Notes under the pieces: model-generated
What the model was told of the DNA's origin: nothing
Database searches by the model: none
Seen by the model: only the letters and a program-made list of their open reading frames with translations
Program-made: the position numbers and the translations under genes
NCBI GenBank assembly: GCA_963784265.1
Contig: CAWAQQ010000011.1
Coordinates: forward strand, 12,768 to 76,767
Length of the DNA: 64,000 nt
Source: an uncultured Actinomycetota bacterium
GTDB taxonomy: Bacteria; Actinomycetota; Actinomycetes; Mycobacteriales; Pseudonocardiaceae
Direction: 5' to 3'
Part shown: positions 10,239 to 20,730 of the stretch, in pieces
How the letters are laid out: every line of letters begins with the position of its first letter
Position numbering within the stretch: the stretch's first letter is position 1

Positions 10239-10269
10239 GACGGCGCCCACCGGATCGGTGGGCGCCGTC
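10239..10269 (-). terminator. 14-bp perfect GC stem-loop after rpmE
   Basis: GACGGCGCCCACCG-gat-CGGTGGGCGCCGTC, 7 nt past the stop; no U-tract. Confidence 0.55.
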
Positions 10270-10276
10270 GGAGTTG

Positions 10277-10498
10277 CTAGCTGGAGCGGGCCGGCCGCTT
10301 GCCGTAGCGGGCCTCGAAGCGGGCGACCCGGCCGCCGGAGTCCAGGATCTTCTGCTTGCCCGTGTAGAACGGGTGGCAGGCCGAGCAGACCTCGACGTGG
10401 ATGGAGCCGCTGGCCTTCGTGCTGCGGGTGGTGAACTCGTTGCCGCAGCCGCAGTGGACCGTGGTCTCGACGTACTCGGGGTGGATGCCGTTGCGCAC
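10277..10498 (-). CDS. rpmE: 50S ribosomal protein L31 (Zn-binding C+ type)
   Basis: [22 protein letters not shown]. Confidence 0.97.
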   Translation of the reverse strand: MRNGIHPEYVETTVHCGCGNEFTTRSTKASGSIHVEVCSACHPFYTGKQKILDSGGRVARFEARYGKRPARSS

Positions 10499-10517
10499 GT
10501 GGGTTCCTCTCGATGTG

Positions 10518-10562
10518 GCGCCGGGTCCCCGTCAGGGAGCGTCAGGGGTGAACCGGAACCGG
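10518..10562 (-). ncRNA. Possible structured L31 leader
   Basis: CCGGTTCCGGTTCAC...GGGGACCCGGCG hairpin in the rpmE 5' UTR, resembling actinobacterial L31 leaders as recalled; not searched. Confidence 0.35.
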
Positions 10563-10579
10563 AGCGTGACGTCTCATTC

Positions 10580-10605
10580 AACCACCGGGGCCGCCCCGGG
10601 ATTCC
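10580..10605 (-). promoter_or_regulatory. SigR/SigH-type ECF promoter of rpmE
   Basis: GGAAT-N18-GTT, exact consensus on the minus strand. Confidence 0.7.
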
Positions 10606-10643
10606 CGCGGGATTCCGTGCGGCGAGCCCCGGTGCGGCGGCAG

Positions 10644-12800
10644 CTAGTCGTCGCCGCCCGGCGTGCTCTTCGCGACCTGCATCAGGAACTCGATGTTGGT
10701 GCGCGTCTTGCGGAGCTGGGCGAGCAGGAGGTCGATGGCCTGCTGGTCGTCGAGTGCGGAGAGCACCCGGCGCAGCTTGACGGTGACCCCGAGCTCGTCG
10801 GGCGACAGGAGCAGCTCCTCCTTGCGCGTGCCGGACGCGTCGACGTCGATGGCGGGGAAGACCCGCTTGTCGGCGATGCGGCGGTCCAGCTTGAGCTCGG
10901 CGTTGCCGGTGCCCTTGAACTCCTCGAAGATCACCGTGTCCATCGTCGAACCGGTCTCGACGAGCGCGGTGGCGAAGATCGTCAGCGAGCCGCCGTCCTC
11001 GATGTTGCGCGCCGCGCCGAGGAAGCGCTTCGGCGGGTAGAGGGCCGTGGAGTCGACACCACCGGACAGGATCCGGCCGGACGCGGGCGCGGCCAGGTTG
11101 TAGGCCCGGCCGAGGCGGGTGATCGAGTCGAGCAGCACGACCACGTCGTGGCCCATCTCCACCAGGCGCTTCGCCCGCTCGATCGCCAGCTCGGCGACCG
11201 TGGTGTGGTCGCCGGGGGGCCGGTCGAACGTGGACGCGATGACCTCGCCCTTCACCGACCGCTGCATGTCGGTGACCTCCTCCGGCCGCTCGTCCACGAG
11301 GACGACCATGAGGTGGCACTCCGGGTTGTTCGTCGCGATCGCGTTGGCGATCGACTGCAGGATCATCGTCTTGCCGGCCTTGGGGGGCGAGACGATGAGC
11401 GCGCGCTGGCCCTTGCCGATGGGCATGACCAGGTCGATGACGCGGGGGGTGAGCTTGGTCGACTCGGTCTCCAGGCGCAGCCGCTCGTTCGGGTACAGCG
11501 GCGTGAGCTTGGTGAACTCCGGCCGGTTGCGGGAGTTCTCCGGGTCCTGGCCGTTGATCTGGTCCACCCGCACGAGCGGGTTGAACTTCTGCCGCGACTG
11601 CTCGCCCTCGCGCTGCTCGCGCACCGCGCCGGTGATGGCGTCGCCACGGCGCAGGCCGTACTTGCGGACCATCGACAGCGACACGTAGACGTCGGTCGGG
11701 CCCGACAGGTAGCCGGTGGTGCGGACGAACGCGTAGTTGTCCAGCACGTCGATGATGCCGGCGACCGGCAGCAGGACGTCGCCCTCGCGCACCTCGGTGT
11801 CGACGTTGCCCTGGCCACCGCCCTGGCCGCCGCCACCGCCGGACGGGCGGTCGCGGTCCCGGCCACGGCGGCGGTCGCGGAAGCGGCGGCCGCGGCGGCC
11901 GCGCCCGTCGCCCTCGTCGTCGGAGTCGTCGTCCATGCGGTCGTTGTTGCGCTGGCCGCGGTTGTCGCCCCGGTTGTCGTTGTCGGTTGTCCGGGCGGTT
12001 GTCGCCCCGGTTGCCGCGGTTGTCGCCCCGGTTGTTGTCGGGACGGTCGCGGTCGGCCGTCGCCGCGCTGGCCGCGGTCGCCGTCGCCCGCCGTCTCGGC
12101 CGGGGCCGTGCCCGCGCCGGTGTCGGTGGTGGCGGCGGCCGCCTGGTCGGCGGGCTGGTCACCCCCGCGGTTGCGGCGGGACTGCCGCGAGCGGCGGCTG
12201 CCGCCCTCGCTCTCGCCGGACGACTCGTCGCCCGCTGCGGGCGTCTCCGTGCCGACTCGGCCGACGTGTCCGCCGGGACGGCCTCGGCCTGGGCGCCGGG
12301 TGCGTTGTCCTGGGCGACCGGGAGCTCGGTGGACCCGGCCTGCGCGGCGGGGGCGACGCCGTTGCCCGCCTGCTGCGACGTCCGGCGCACCGGCGGGGCG
12401 GGACGCGCTGCGCCTGCGCCTGCTGGTGACCGCCGGTGGCGGCCTCGGCGGAGCCGGGGCCGGACTCGGGGGTGCCGTTGACGGCGGTGGGCGCGGCATC
12501 GCCGCTGCTCACGGCCGCGGGGCTCGCGGAACCGGGCCCGTCGCCGTCCCCGAGGGACAGCTGGGCCGACACCGCGCGGGCCGGTGCCCCGCTCGCGACG
12601 GGTGCGGATCCGCTCTGTCGCGCCTTGATGGCGGCGATCAGATCGCCCTTTCGCATCCCGGAGGTGTCCGGGATCTTCAGCTCACCGGCAAGCTGGCGGA
12701 GCTCGGCCAGCACCATGCCGGTCAGGCCTCCGCGCTTGCGTGCGGGCGTGCCGGCGTCGTCGTTCACTACATCGGTGCTGACGAGATCGGTCTCGCTCAA
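10644..12800 (-). CDS. rho: Transcription termination factor Rho with long N-terminal insertion; frameshifts in the insertion
   Basis: TTG start after AGGAAGG; [21 protein letters not shown]; [22 protein letters not shown]. Confidence 0.96.
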
Positions 12801-13102
12801 CGATTGTCCTTCCTGACCGACCGGGGCCATGCCCGGGTCAGCGGATTCACACACTCGCCCGGACGGTGTGCCGGACGACATGTCGGTCTACGGAGACGCG
12901 CGTTCGCGGCCGCTCCGACAGGCAGGGGCGACGATCATCGCGACGGTCGCGGGAAAAACAGGCCGCTCGGTCCGAACCCGGATCTGAATCGCGGAGTGCC
13001 GGCTCGAGTGGCCACGCGGATGACGCGTGGATCGCCGTTGCGCTGACGAGCGTAGACGCACCGCCCCGCCGCGGCAACAACCACCCACCCGGCGCGCCCG
13101 AT

Positions 13103-14008
13103 TCAGCCGATTTCCACCTGCGCCCCCAGCGTGTCGATCTCCAGCGGGAGCGGCGTGAAGCCGTCGAGATCGAGCCCGGGAGGCAGCGAGCCGTCGACGG
13201 TCAGCGCGAGGACGGTGGGCCCCGCACCCGAGATCGCGGCGGGAACGCCGTGCGCCCGGAGGAGGTCCACCAGGTCGGCGGACTCCGGGTAGGCGGGCCG
13301 CCGGTAGCCCTGGTGCAGCCGGTCCTCCGTTGCCGCCAGCAGCAGGTCCGGACGCTGGGTGAACGCCAGCACGGACAGTGCCGTGCGGCTGCCGGTGAAG
13401 GCGGCGTCGACCAGCGGGACCCGGTCGGGCAGCAGCCCGCGGGTGGTGGCGGTGGAGGATCTGGCCCCCGCGACGAGAGCGACCGGCCGGATGGCCGGAT
13501 GCGCGTCAAGTCGTACAGCGTTGAACCGCTCGCTGGTATTCCCCGGGTTCTCCCACGCGATCACGAAACCGCCGAGGAGGCTGGCCGCCGCGTTGTCGCC
13601 GTGGCCTTCCATACCGGCCGCGACCTGCAACAACGCCACCCGGTCGAGCACCGGGTCGCGGCCGGAGAGCACCGCGGCGGCCACGGCTCCGGCCACCGCC
13701 GCCGCGGCCGAGCTGCCCAGTCCGCGCGAGTGCGGGATGGCGTTGCGGCACCGCAGGAGCACGCCGTCGGGGGCGTCGCCGAAGATGGCCCAGGTGGTGT
13801 GCATGGCCCGCATGACCAGGTGCCGCTCGTCGCACGGCACCTGCCCGGCACCCTCGCCGAGCACCTCCACGCGCAGTCCCGGGCGGGACGTCACGGTGGC
13901 CTCCACGTCGTCGTAGAGCGACAGCGCCAGGCCGAGCGAGTCGAACCCGGGCCCGAGGTTGGCCGACGACGCGGGCACCCGCACGCGGACTTCACCCGGT
14001 CTGCCCAT
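13103..14008 (-). CDS. thrB: Homoserine kinase
   Basis: PASSANLGPGFD, IPHSRGLGSSAA, EGHGDN, ISGAGPT. Confidence 0.96.
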   Translation of the reverse strand: MGRPGEVRVRVPASSANLGPGFDSLGLALSLYDDVEATVTSRPGLRVEVLGEGAGQVPCDERHLVMRAMHTTWAIFGDAPDGVLLRCRNAIPHSRGLGSSAAAAVAGAVAAAVLSGRDPVLDRVALLQVAAGMEGHGDNAAASLLGGFVIAWENPGNTSERFNAVRLDAHPAIRPVALVAGARSSTATTRGLLPDRVPLVDAAFTGSRTALSVLAFTQRPDLLLAATEDRLHQGYRRPAYPESADLVDLLRAHGVPAAISGAGPTVLALTVDGSLPPGLDLDGFTPLPLEIDTLGAQVEIG

Positions 14009-14021
14009 CAGAGGGGCCCCA

Positions 14022-15110
14022 TCAGACGAGCTCCAGCGCTGCGGCGACGGCACCCGGGTCGATCGGCACGACGACGGGCGGCGGCGCGGCGAGCAGCGCC
14101 GTGTCCGGGTCCTTGAGGCCGTGTCCTGTGACGGTGCACACCACGAGCGACCCGCGCGGGAGCGAGCCGTCCGCGGCGGACTGCAGAAGGCCGGCCACGC
14201 TGGCGGCCGACGCCGGCTCGACGAACACCGCCTCGCGCGCGGAGAGCAGCCGGTAGGCGGTGAGGATCTCGTCGTCGGTGACCGCCGCGAACTGCCCGCG
14301 CGACTCCTCCTTGGCGATGATCGCCGCTCCCCACGACGCCGGGGCGCCGATCCGGATGGCCGTCGCGATCGTCTCCGGGTGCAGGACCGGCTCGCCGTGC
14401 ACCAGCGGAGCGGCCCCCGCGGCCTGGTAGCCGAACATCCGCGGGGCCTCGGTGATCACCCCGTCACGCAGGTAGGCGCGGTAGCCGGCCCAGTACGCGG
14501 TGATGTTGCCCGCGTTGCCGACGGGCAGGCAGTGGACGTCGGGCGCCCGCCCCAGCTCGTCGCAGATCTCGTACGCGGCGCTGGCCTGACCGGCGATCCG
14601 GGCCGGGTTGATCGAGTTGACCAGCGACGTCACGGGATAGTCCGCGACGGTCTTGCGGGCCAGTTCGAGGCAGTCGTCGAAGTTGCCGTCGATCTGCAGG
14701 ATGCGGGCGCCGTGCGCGACGGCCTGGGCGAGCTTGCCCAGCGCGATCTTGCCCTGCGGGACGAGAACGGCGCAGCTCAGACCCGCCCTGGCGGCGTAGG
14801 CGGCGGCCGAGGCCGAGGTGTTGCCGGTGGACGCGCACAGCACGCCCTGCTTGCCCTTCGCCAGCGCGTCGGTGACGGCGACGGTCATCCCGCGGTCCTT
14901 GAACGAGCCCGTCGGGTTGGCGCCGTCGACCTTGAGGAACACCTCGCAGCCGGTGCGCTCGGACAGGTGCGGCGCCGGGACCAGCGGCGTGCCACCCTCG
15001 CCCAGCGTGACGATCCGCCAGCCGGGCTGCACCGGCATGCGGTCGCGGTAGGCCTCGACGACCCCCGGCCACCGGGTGAGCCGGGCGGGGGTCGCGGCCA
15101 GCTCGCTCAT
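14022..15110 (-). CDS. thrC: Threonine synthase
   Basis: [23 protein letters not shown]. Confidence 0.96.
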   Translation of the reverse strand: MSELAATPARLTRWPGVVEAYRDRMPVQPGWRIVTLGEGGTPLVPAPHLSERTGCEVFLKVDGANPTGSFKDRGMTVAVTDALAKGKQGVLCASTGNTSASAAAYAARAGLSCAVLVPQGKIALGKLAQAVAHGARILQIDGNFDDCLELARKTVADYPVTSLVNSINPARIAGQASAAYEICDELGRAPDVHCLPVGNAGNITAYWAGYRAYLRDGVITEAPRMFGYQAAGAAPLVHGEPVLHPETIATAIRIGAPASWGAAIIAKEESRGQFAAVTDDEILTAYRLLSAREAVFVEPASAASVAGLLQSAADGSLPRGSLVVCTVTGHGLKDPDTALLAAPPPVVVPIDPGAVAAALELV

Positions 15111-16435
15111 CGGCCCACCTCCGGGGCCGGCCTGCCCAGGTCCTCGACGCGCAGGACGCTGTCGACGGCGCGCACGGCGTCGAGCCCGGCCAGGAACTCG
15201 ACGGTGGCCGCCAGCGCGGCCTCGGGCGCCGCGTGGGTGACGACGACGAGGCGGGCGGCGCTGCCGTCGCCGCCGGTCTGGCGCACCGCCGCGATGCTCA
15301 CCCCGTGGCGCGCGAACTCGCCCGCGATCGCGGCCAGCACGCCGGCGCGGTCGGCCACCTCGAGGCTCACGTGGTAGCGGGTGGGCACGTCGCCGATGGG
15401 CCGCACCGGGAGGCTCGCGTACGCCGACTCCCGCGGCCCGCGGCCCCCGACCACGCGGTTGCGGGCGACCGCGACGAGGTCGCCGAGCACGGCGCTCGCG
15501 GTGGGCGCGCCCCCGGCACCCTGGCCGTAGAACATCAGCTGTCCAGCGGCCTCGGCCTCGACGAACACCGCGTTGAACGCGCCGTCGACGGCGGCCAGGG
15601 GGTGCCCGGCCGGGATCATCGCCGGGTAGACGCGCGCCGAGACCGCCTCCGGGGTGCTGCCGTCGCCTGGCGAGCGCTCGCAGATCGCCAGCAGCTTGAT
15701 CACGCAGCCGAGGCCGGCAGCGGCCCTGATGTCCGAGGACGTGACGCGGCGGATGCCCTCGCAGTACACGTCCGACGCCGTGACCCGGGTGTGGAACGCC
15801 AGCGACGCGAGGATCGCGGCCTTCGACGCGGCGTCGTAGCCGTCGACGTCGGCGCTCGGGTCGGCCTCGGCGTAGCCGAGCCGGGTGGCCTCCTCCAGCG
15901 CGTCGGCGTAGCTCGCCCCGGACGCGGCCATCGCGGAGAGGATGAAGTTGGTGGTGCCGTTGACGATGCCGGCGACGCGGGTGATCCGGTCGCCCGCCAG
16001 CGACTCGCGCAGCGGCCGCAGCAACGGGATGGCCCCCGCGACCGAGGCCTCGTAGTAGAGGTCCGCGCCGGACGCGTCGGCCGCCTCGGCCAGCGCCGGG
16101 CCGTCCTCGGCGAGCAGGGCCTTGTTCGCCGTGACCACCGACCGGCCGGCCTTGAGCGCCTCCAGCAGCAGCGATCGCGCGGGCTCGATGCCGCCGATCA
16201 CCTCGACGACGACGTCGACGTCGTCGCGCGCGACGAGCCCGGCCGCGTCGGTGGTGAGCAGCTCGCCCAGCTCCGGGTGGCGGTGCGGCCTGCGCACGGC
16301 CACCCCGACCAGCTCGACCGGGGCGCCGACGCGTGCGGCGAGCTCGTCGGCCTGCCCACGCAGCAGCCGCACCACCTCGCCGCCCACCGTGCCGCAGCCG
16401 AGGAGCGCCACCCGGATCGGGTCGTTCGGGCTCAC
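15107..16435 (-). CDS. hom: Homoserine dehydrogenase
   Basis: [27 protein letters not shown]-terminal ACT domain. Confidence 0.96.
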   Translation of the reverse strand: MSPNDPIRVALLGCGTVGGEVVRLLRGQADELAARVGAPVELVGVAVRRPHRHPELGELLTTDAAGLVARDDVDVVVEVIGGIEPARSLLLEALKAGRSVVTANKALLAEDGPALAEAADASGADLYYEASVAGAIPLLRPLRESLAGDRITRVAGIVNGTTNFILSAMAASGASYADALEEATRLGYAEADPSADVDGYDAASKAAILASLAFHTRVTASDVYCEGIRRVTSSDIRAAAGLGCVIKLLAICERSPGDGSTPEAVSARVYPAMIPAGHPLAAVDGAFNAVFVEAEAAGQLMFYGQGAGGAPTASAVLGDLVAVARNRVVGGRGPRESAYASLPVRPIGDVPTRYHVSLEVADRAGVLAAIAGEFARHGVSIAAVRQTGGDGSAARLVVVTHAAPEAALAATVEFLAGLDAVRAVDSVLRVEDLGRPAPEVGR

Positions 16436-16572
16436 ACCACTCCTCCCACCTTCGAGTCCAGCCTCGAGATCGACGATCCGGAACCCGCCGCCGTGCGGGG
16501 TGCGGTTCCCGGTTCCCAGCCGCCGATCATGGCGGGTCGGCACCGTCCGGTCGGACGGCCGGGTGGCGCCCC

Positions 16573-18026
16573 TCATCCCGACACCTCCAGCCGGAACTGG
16601 TCCTCGGGCGTCTCGCGGCGCAGGATCACCCGCGCCGCACCGTCGCGGACCGCGACGACCGCCGGGCGGGGCAGCCGGTTGTAGGAGCTCGCCATCGAGT
16701 AGCAGTACGCGCCGGTGGCGGCCACGCCCGAGCAGGTCGCCGGGGGCGATGTCGGCGGGGAGCCAGCAGTCGCGCACGACGATGTCGCCCGACTCGCAGT
16801 GCTTGCCGACCACGCGCGAGAGCAGCGGCTCGGCCGACCCGTCGGGCGAGTCGGCGGCGGAGGACCGCGAGACCAGGCGGCAGTCGTAGTCCGCGTCGTA
16901 GAGGGCGGTGCGGATGTTGTCGCTCATGCCGCCGTCCACGCTGACGTAGCGGCGGGAGGCCGAGCGGCCGAGCGGCACGTCCTTGAGCGTGCCGACCTCG
17001 TAGAGCGTGAAGGTGCCTGGCCCCGCGATGGACCGGCCCGGCTCGACGGCGATCAGCGGGACGTCGAGCTCGGCGGCGTGGCACTCGCGCTTGACGATGC
17101 CGCGCAGCTCCTCGGCCAGCTCCGCGACGTCCAGCGGCGTCTCGTCGGCGCGGTAGGCGATGCCGAAGCCGCCGCCGAGGTCGAGCGTGGTGAGCGAACC
17201 CAGCGCGTCGGCCCCGTGCTCCTCGTGCAGCTGCGCGAGGAACCGGACGACGCGGTGCGCGGCCACCTCGAAGCCCTCGGTGTCGAAGATCTGGCTGCCG
17301 ATGTGGCTGTGCAGCCCGACCAGCGCGAGGCCGCCCGCCTTGAGCACGCGCCTGGCGGCCTCGGCGGCGTCGCTCGTCGCACCGCCCGCGATCGAGAAGC
17401 CGAACTTCTGGTCCTCGTGCGCGGTGGCGATGAACTCGTGGGTGTGCGCCTCGACGCCGACCGTCACCCGGATCATGACCGGCGCGACGACCCCCCGCTC
17501 GCGGGCGACGGCGTCCAGCCGGGCGATCTCGTGGAACGAGTCGAGCACCACCCGGCCCACACCGGCGTCGACGGCGGCGGCCAGCTCGTCGACCGACTTG
17601 TTGTTGCCGTGCAGTGCGATCCGGTCGGCCGGGAAGCCGGCGCGCAGCGCGACGGCGAGCTCGCCACCGCTGGCCACGTCCATGCTCAGCCCCTCGTCGG
17701 CGATCCAGCGGGCCACCTCCGTGCACAGGAACGCCTTCGCGGCGTAGTGCACGGCGTCCGCGCCGAACGCAGCGGCGAACTCCGCGGCGCGGGACCGGAA
17801 GTCGGCCTCGTCGAGGACGAACAGCGGCGTGCCGAAGTGCTCGGCGAGGTCGCGCACGTCCACCCCGGCGACCTCGACGACGCCCTGCTCGCGGCGCCGT
17901 GTGGTGCGCGGCCACACCGCGGAGGGCAGCTCGTCGAGCGCGGCGGCGTCGGCGGGCCGGGGCCCGGCGGTCGGCGGGGGCGCCTGGATGCCGGCGTGCA
18001 GCGGGCCCCGCCGGGTGCGCCCTCAC
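16573..18026 (-). CDS. lysA: Diaminopimelate decarboxylase; frameshifts near 18005 and 16730
   Basis: [41 protein letters not shown]. Confidence 0.95.
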
Positions 18027-18897
18027 ATCCGCTCCGGAGCCGAGACGCCGAGCAGGCCCAGGCCGTTGGCCAGCACCTGGCGGGCCGCGATGCCGAGTGC
18101 GAGCCGGGCGCGGTGCAGCTCGGTGGTCTCCTCGTCGCCCATCGGGAGCACGCGGCAGTGGTGGGTGAACTCGGCGCAGTCGGTCGCGAACGTCTCGAGG
18201 TGACGGGTCAGCTCGGCGCCCGACCCGACCGCGCCGGGGAACTCGGCGATGCCGTGGATCAGCTCGCTCTCGCGGGGGTGGTCGAGCAGCCCGTACGCCG
18301 TGCCGGGGGTGACACCGAGGTCGGCGGCGTGGCGGGCGAGCGCCGCCAGCCGGGCGTGCGCGAACCGGACGCGGAAGGCCGGGTTGTCGTCGTCGCGGCG
18401 CGTCCACCGGGCGAGGTCGATGTCCGGGGCGGCGCCCTCGCGGACCCGCGCCATGGCGAACCGGGCGGCGTCGACGCCGATGGCGGCCACCAGGTCGTCC
18501 CACGTCAGCGCCACGCCCGCCGCCTGCCGTCGCTCGGCCGGACGTGCGCGTCGACCGTTCCGTACGACTCCCCCGCGGCCAGCACCTCCCCGACCAGCGC
18601 GCCCTGCGCGCCGGGCGTGAGCCGGAGGTTGACGAAGCCCGGTCCGGCGACCTCGGCGGCGGCGATGCCGTCGCGGGACGCGAGCGCGGTCGCCAGCCAT
18701 CCGGCGAGGTCGCGAGGCGCGACACCGGCCCCCTTCGCGCTGCGCAGCGCCAGGTTCGTCGCATAGCCGCCGTGCCCGCGGTCGCGCGGGCGCTCGACAC
18801 CGACGTCGGCCGGCAACGCACCGAGATCCAGGCCACGCTGGTCGAACACCTCGGATGCGGCGGCTCGCACCAGGTCGGCGAGCAGGGCGGGAGTCAC
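18023..18897 (-). CDS. ArgS-related protein: N-terminal tRNA-binding domain + DALR anticodon-binding domain, no catalytic core (NrtL-like); frameshift near 18540
   Basis: [12 protein letters not shown] and AGPGFVN, then directly [11 protein letters not shown]...[17 protein letters not shown]; ~290 aa, no HIGH motif. Confidence 0.85.
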
Positions 18898-19016
18898 CGG
18901 GCCAAGTCTAGGGAGTGCTGCTCAGTCCCCTCTCAGGTGGCGCTCCTACACTTCGTGGCCGCAAGGGCCGTCCGGGTGACGGCTCGGTTGGTTCTCCACT
19001 GAGGTCTGGACGGTTC

Positions 19017-19811
19017 ATGGTCAGCGGCAACAAGAGCAAGGCGGCCCGCAACGCGCGGGCGGTCGTGGTCACCAAGAGGTCCACGCCGTGGGGGATGATC
19101 GCCGCCGTCACGGTGGTCGTCCTGTTCGCGGGCGCCGTCTTCGGCTACGCCTTCCTGCGCAACCAGGCCAACACCGAACGCATCGAGTCGCTCGCGCCGT
19201 TCACCCCCACCGCGCAGAACCAGGACCCTTCGACGCAGATCCAGGGCGTCGTCGTCCAGAACTACCAGGGCGGGCAGCACGTCACCGCCGACCAGCGGGT
19301 CGCCTACACCCACAGCCCGCCGTTCGGCGGGGCGCACGACGGCTACTGGGCCGCCTGCAACGGCGTGGTCTACCCGCAGGCCGTGCGGCAGGAGAACCTC
19401 GTGCACTCCCTGGAGCACGGCGCCGTCTGGATCGCCTACAACCCCGACCAGGTCACCGGTTCCGCGCTCGACACGCTGAAGGCCAAGGTCGAGGGCCAGC
19501 CGTACTCGGTGATGTCGCCCTACCCGGGCCTCGACCAGCCCATCTCGCTGCAGACGTGGAGCCACCAGCTCAAGCTGAGCGACGCCGACGACGTCCGCAT
19601 CGACCAGTTCATCCAGGCGCTGCGCCGCAACCAGTACACCCACCCCGAGGTCGGCGCGAGCTGCCAGGCGCTCGGCCCGGGCCAGTTCAACCAGGACAGC
19701 CCGCCGCCGTTCACCCCCACCCCGCCGACGAGCGAGATCAACGGCACGTCGGTCGTGCCGGAGGTCAGCGCGACCGGCAACACCGTGGCCCCGGATCCCG
19801 CCGGGTCATGA
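19017..19811 (+). CDS. DUF3105 domain membrane-anchored protein
   Basis: N-terminal TM; PPFGGAH, VHSLEHGAVWIAY, W..QL. Confidence 0.8.
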   Translation: MVSGNKSKAARNARAVVVTKRSTPWGMIAAVTVVVLFAGAVFGYAFLRNQANTERIESLAPFTPTAQNQDPSTQIQGVVVQNYQGGQHVTADQRVAYTHSPPFGGAHDGYWAACNGVVYPQAVRQENLVHSLEHGAVWIAYNPDQVTGSALDTLKAKVEGQPYSVMSPYPGLDQPISLQTWSHQLKLSDADDVRIDQFIQALRRNQYTHPEVGASCQALGPGQFNQDSPPPFTPTPPTSEINGTSVVPEVSATGNTVAPDPAGS

Positions 19812-19818
19812 TGGTGGG

Positions 19819-20533
19819 GTGAGCAGCATCCCGACCGTCGCCGAACCCGACACCGTCGTGCCGCCTTCGGGGTCCGGTGGCGGGCGGGAGCCGCGTTGGG
19901 CCCGGCCGTTCGTCGCCGTCGTCGCCGTGGTGGCGCTGCTGCTGCTCGGCGCGGCCGCCGGCCTGCTCATCGGCCTCCCCGGGTCGTCGGAGCCCGCGGT
20001 GCCCGCCGCCGACTCCGTCGACGTCGGGTTCGCCCAGGACATGACCGTCCACCACGAGCAGGCCGTCCAGATGGCCGCGTGGGAGCGCGACCACACCACC
20101 GACCCCGCGCTGCACCAGCTCGCGTACGACATCGAGTCGACGCAGACCGCCCAGATCGGCCGCATGCAGGGCTGGCTCGGGCTGTGGGGCGCCGGCTCGC
20201 TGCCCGTCGGCGGCCACATGGCGTGGATGACCGAGCCCGGCCACGGGCACTCCGGCCCGTCACGCGGGCGTGGCCACCATGCCGGGGATGGCCAGCTCCG
20301 ACGAGCTGCGCGCCATGCGTGCCGCCACCGGCCACGACCTCGACGTCCTCTTCCTGCAGCTCATGCTCCGCCACCACCAGGGAGGGGCGTCGATGCTGGG
20401 CTACGCGGCGCAGCACGCGTCGGTGCCGGAGGTCCGCAACCTCGCCGCCCAGATGCTCAGCTCCCAGGGAAGCGAGATCGAGTACATGCGCTCCTTGCTG
20501 GCCGAGCGCGGTGGCACACCGCTCCCGTCGTAG
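19819..20533 (+). CDS. DUF305 (ferritin-like) protein; frameshift near 20265
   Basis: DVGFAQDMTVHHEQAVQMA and FLQLMLRHHQGG double-HH motifs. Confidence 0.85.
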
Positions 20534-20564
20534 ATCCCGTGGTGCGCTAGGGTTCGACGGGTCG

Positions 20565-20639
20565 GCCCCCGTAGCTCAGGGGATAGAGCACCGCCCTCCG
20601 GAGGCGGGAGCGTAGGTTCGAATCCTGCCGGGGGCACCA
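20565..20639 (+). tRNA. tRNA-Arg (anticodon CCG)
   Basis: GCCCCCG/CGGGGGC acceptor stem, TAGCTCAG D-arm, CCGCC-CTCCGGA-GGCGG anticodon arm, GGTTCGAATCC, encoded CCA; TAGGGT -10 at 20548. Confidence 0.97.
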
Positions 20640-20688
20640 CGGCCTGACCTGCGGTTTCACTCGTTCACGATCGCGAAGCGCTTCGGCG

Positions 20689-20713
20689 CGTGGAATGGCT
20701 CGTGGAATGAACG
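20689..20713 (+). repeat. Tandem CGTGGAAT repeat (12-bp period), putative integrase arm-type sites, left
   Basis: CGTGGAATGGCT-CGTGGAATGAACG; 20/25 identical to 26979-27003. Confidence 0.6.
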
Positions 20714-20730
20714 GCTCGTACGTCTCATCC

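Noticed and set aside
11940-12045. Short tandem repeats GTTGTCGCCCCG
   Set aside because: Coding (GDNR)n low-complexity repeats inside the well-known actinobacterial Rho N-terminal insertion
9112-12390. Very long ORFs in the track (1092 aa here; also 936 aa at 15107, 1028 aa at 30774, 1430 aa at 50962, 1390 aa at 56733) suggesting giant fusions
   Set aside because: They are read-throughs of shadow frames in high-GC DNA plus indels; each resolves into ordinary genes with their own starts
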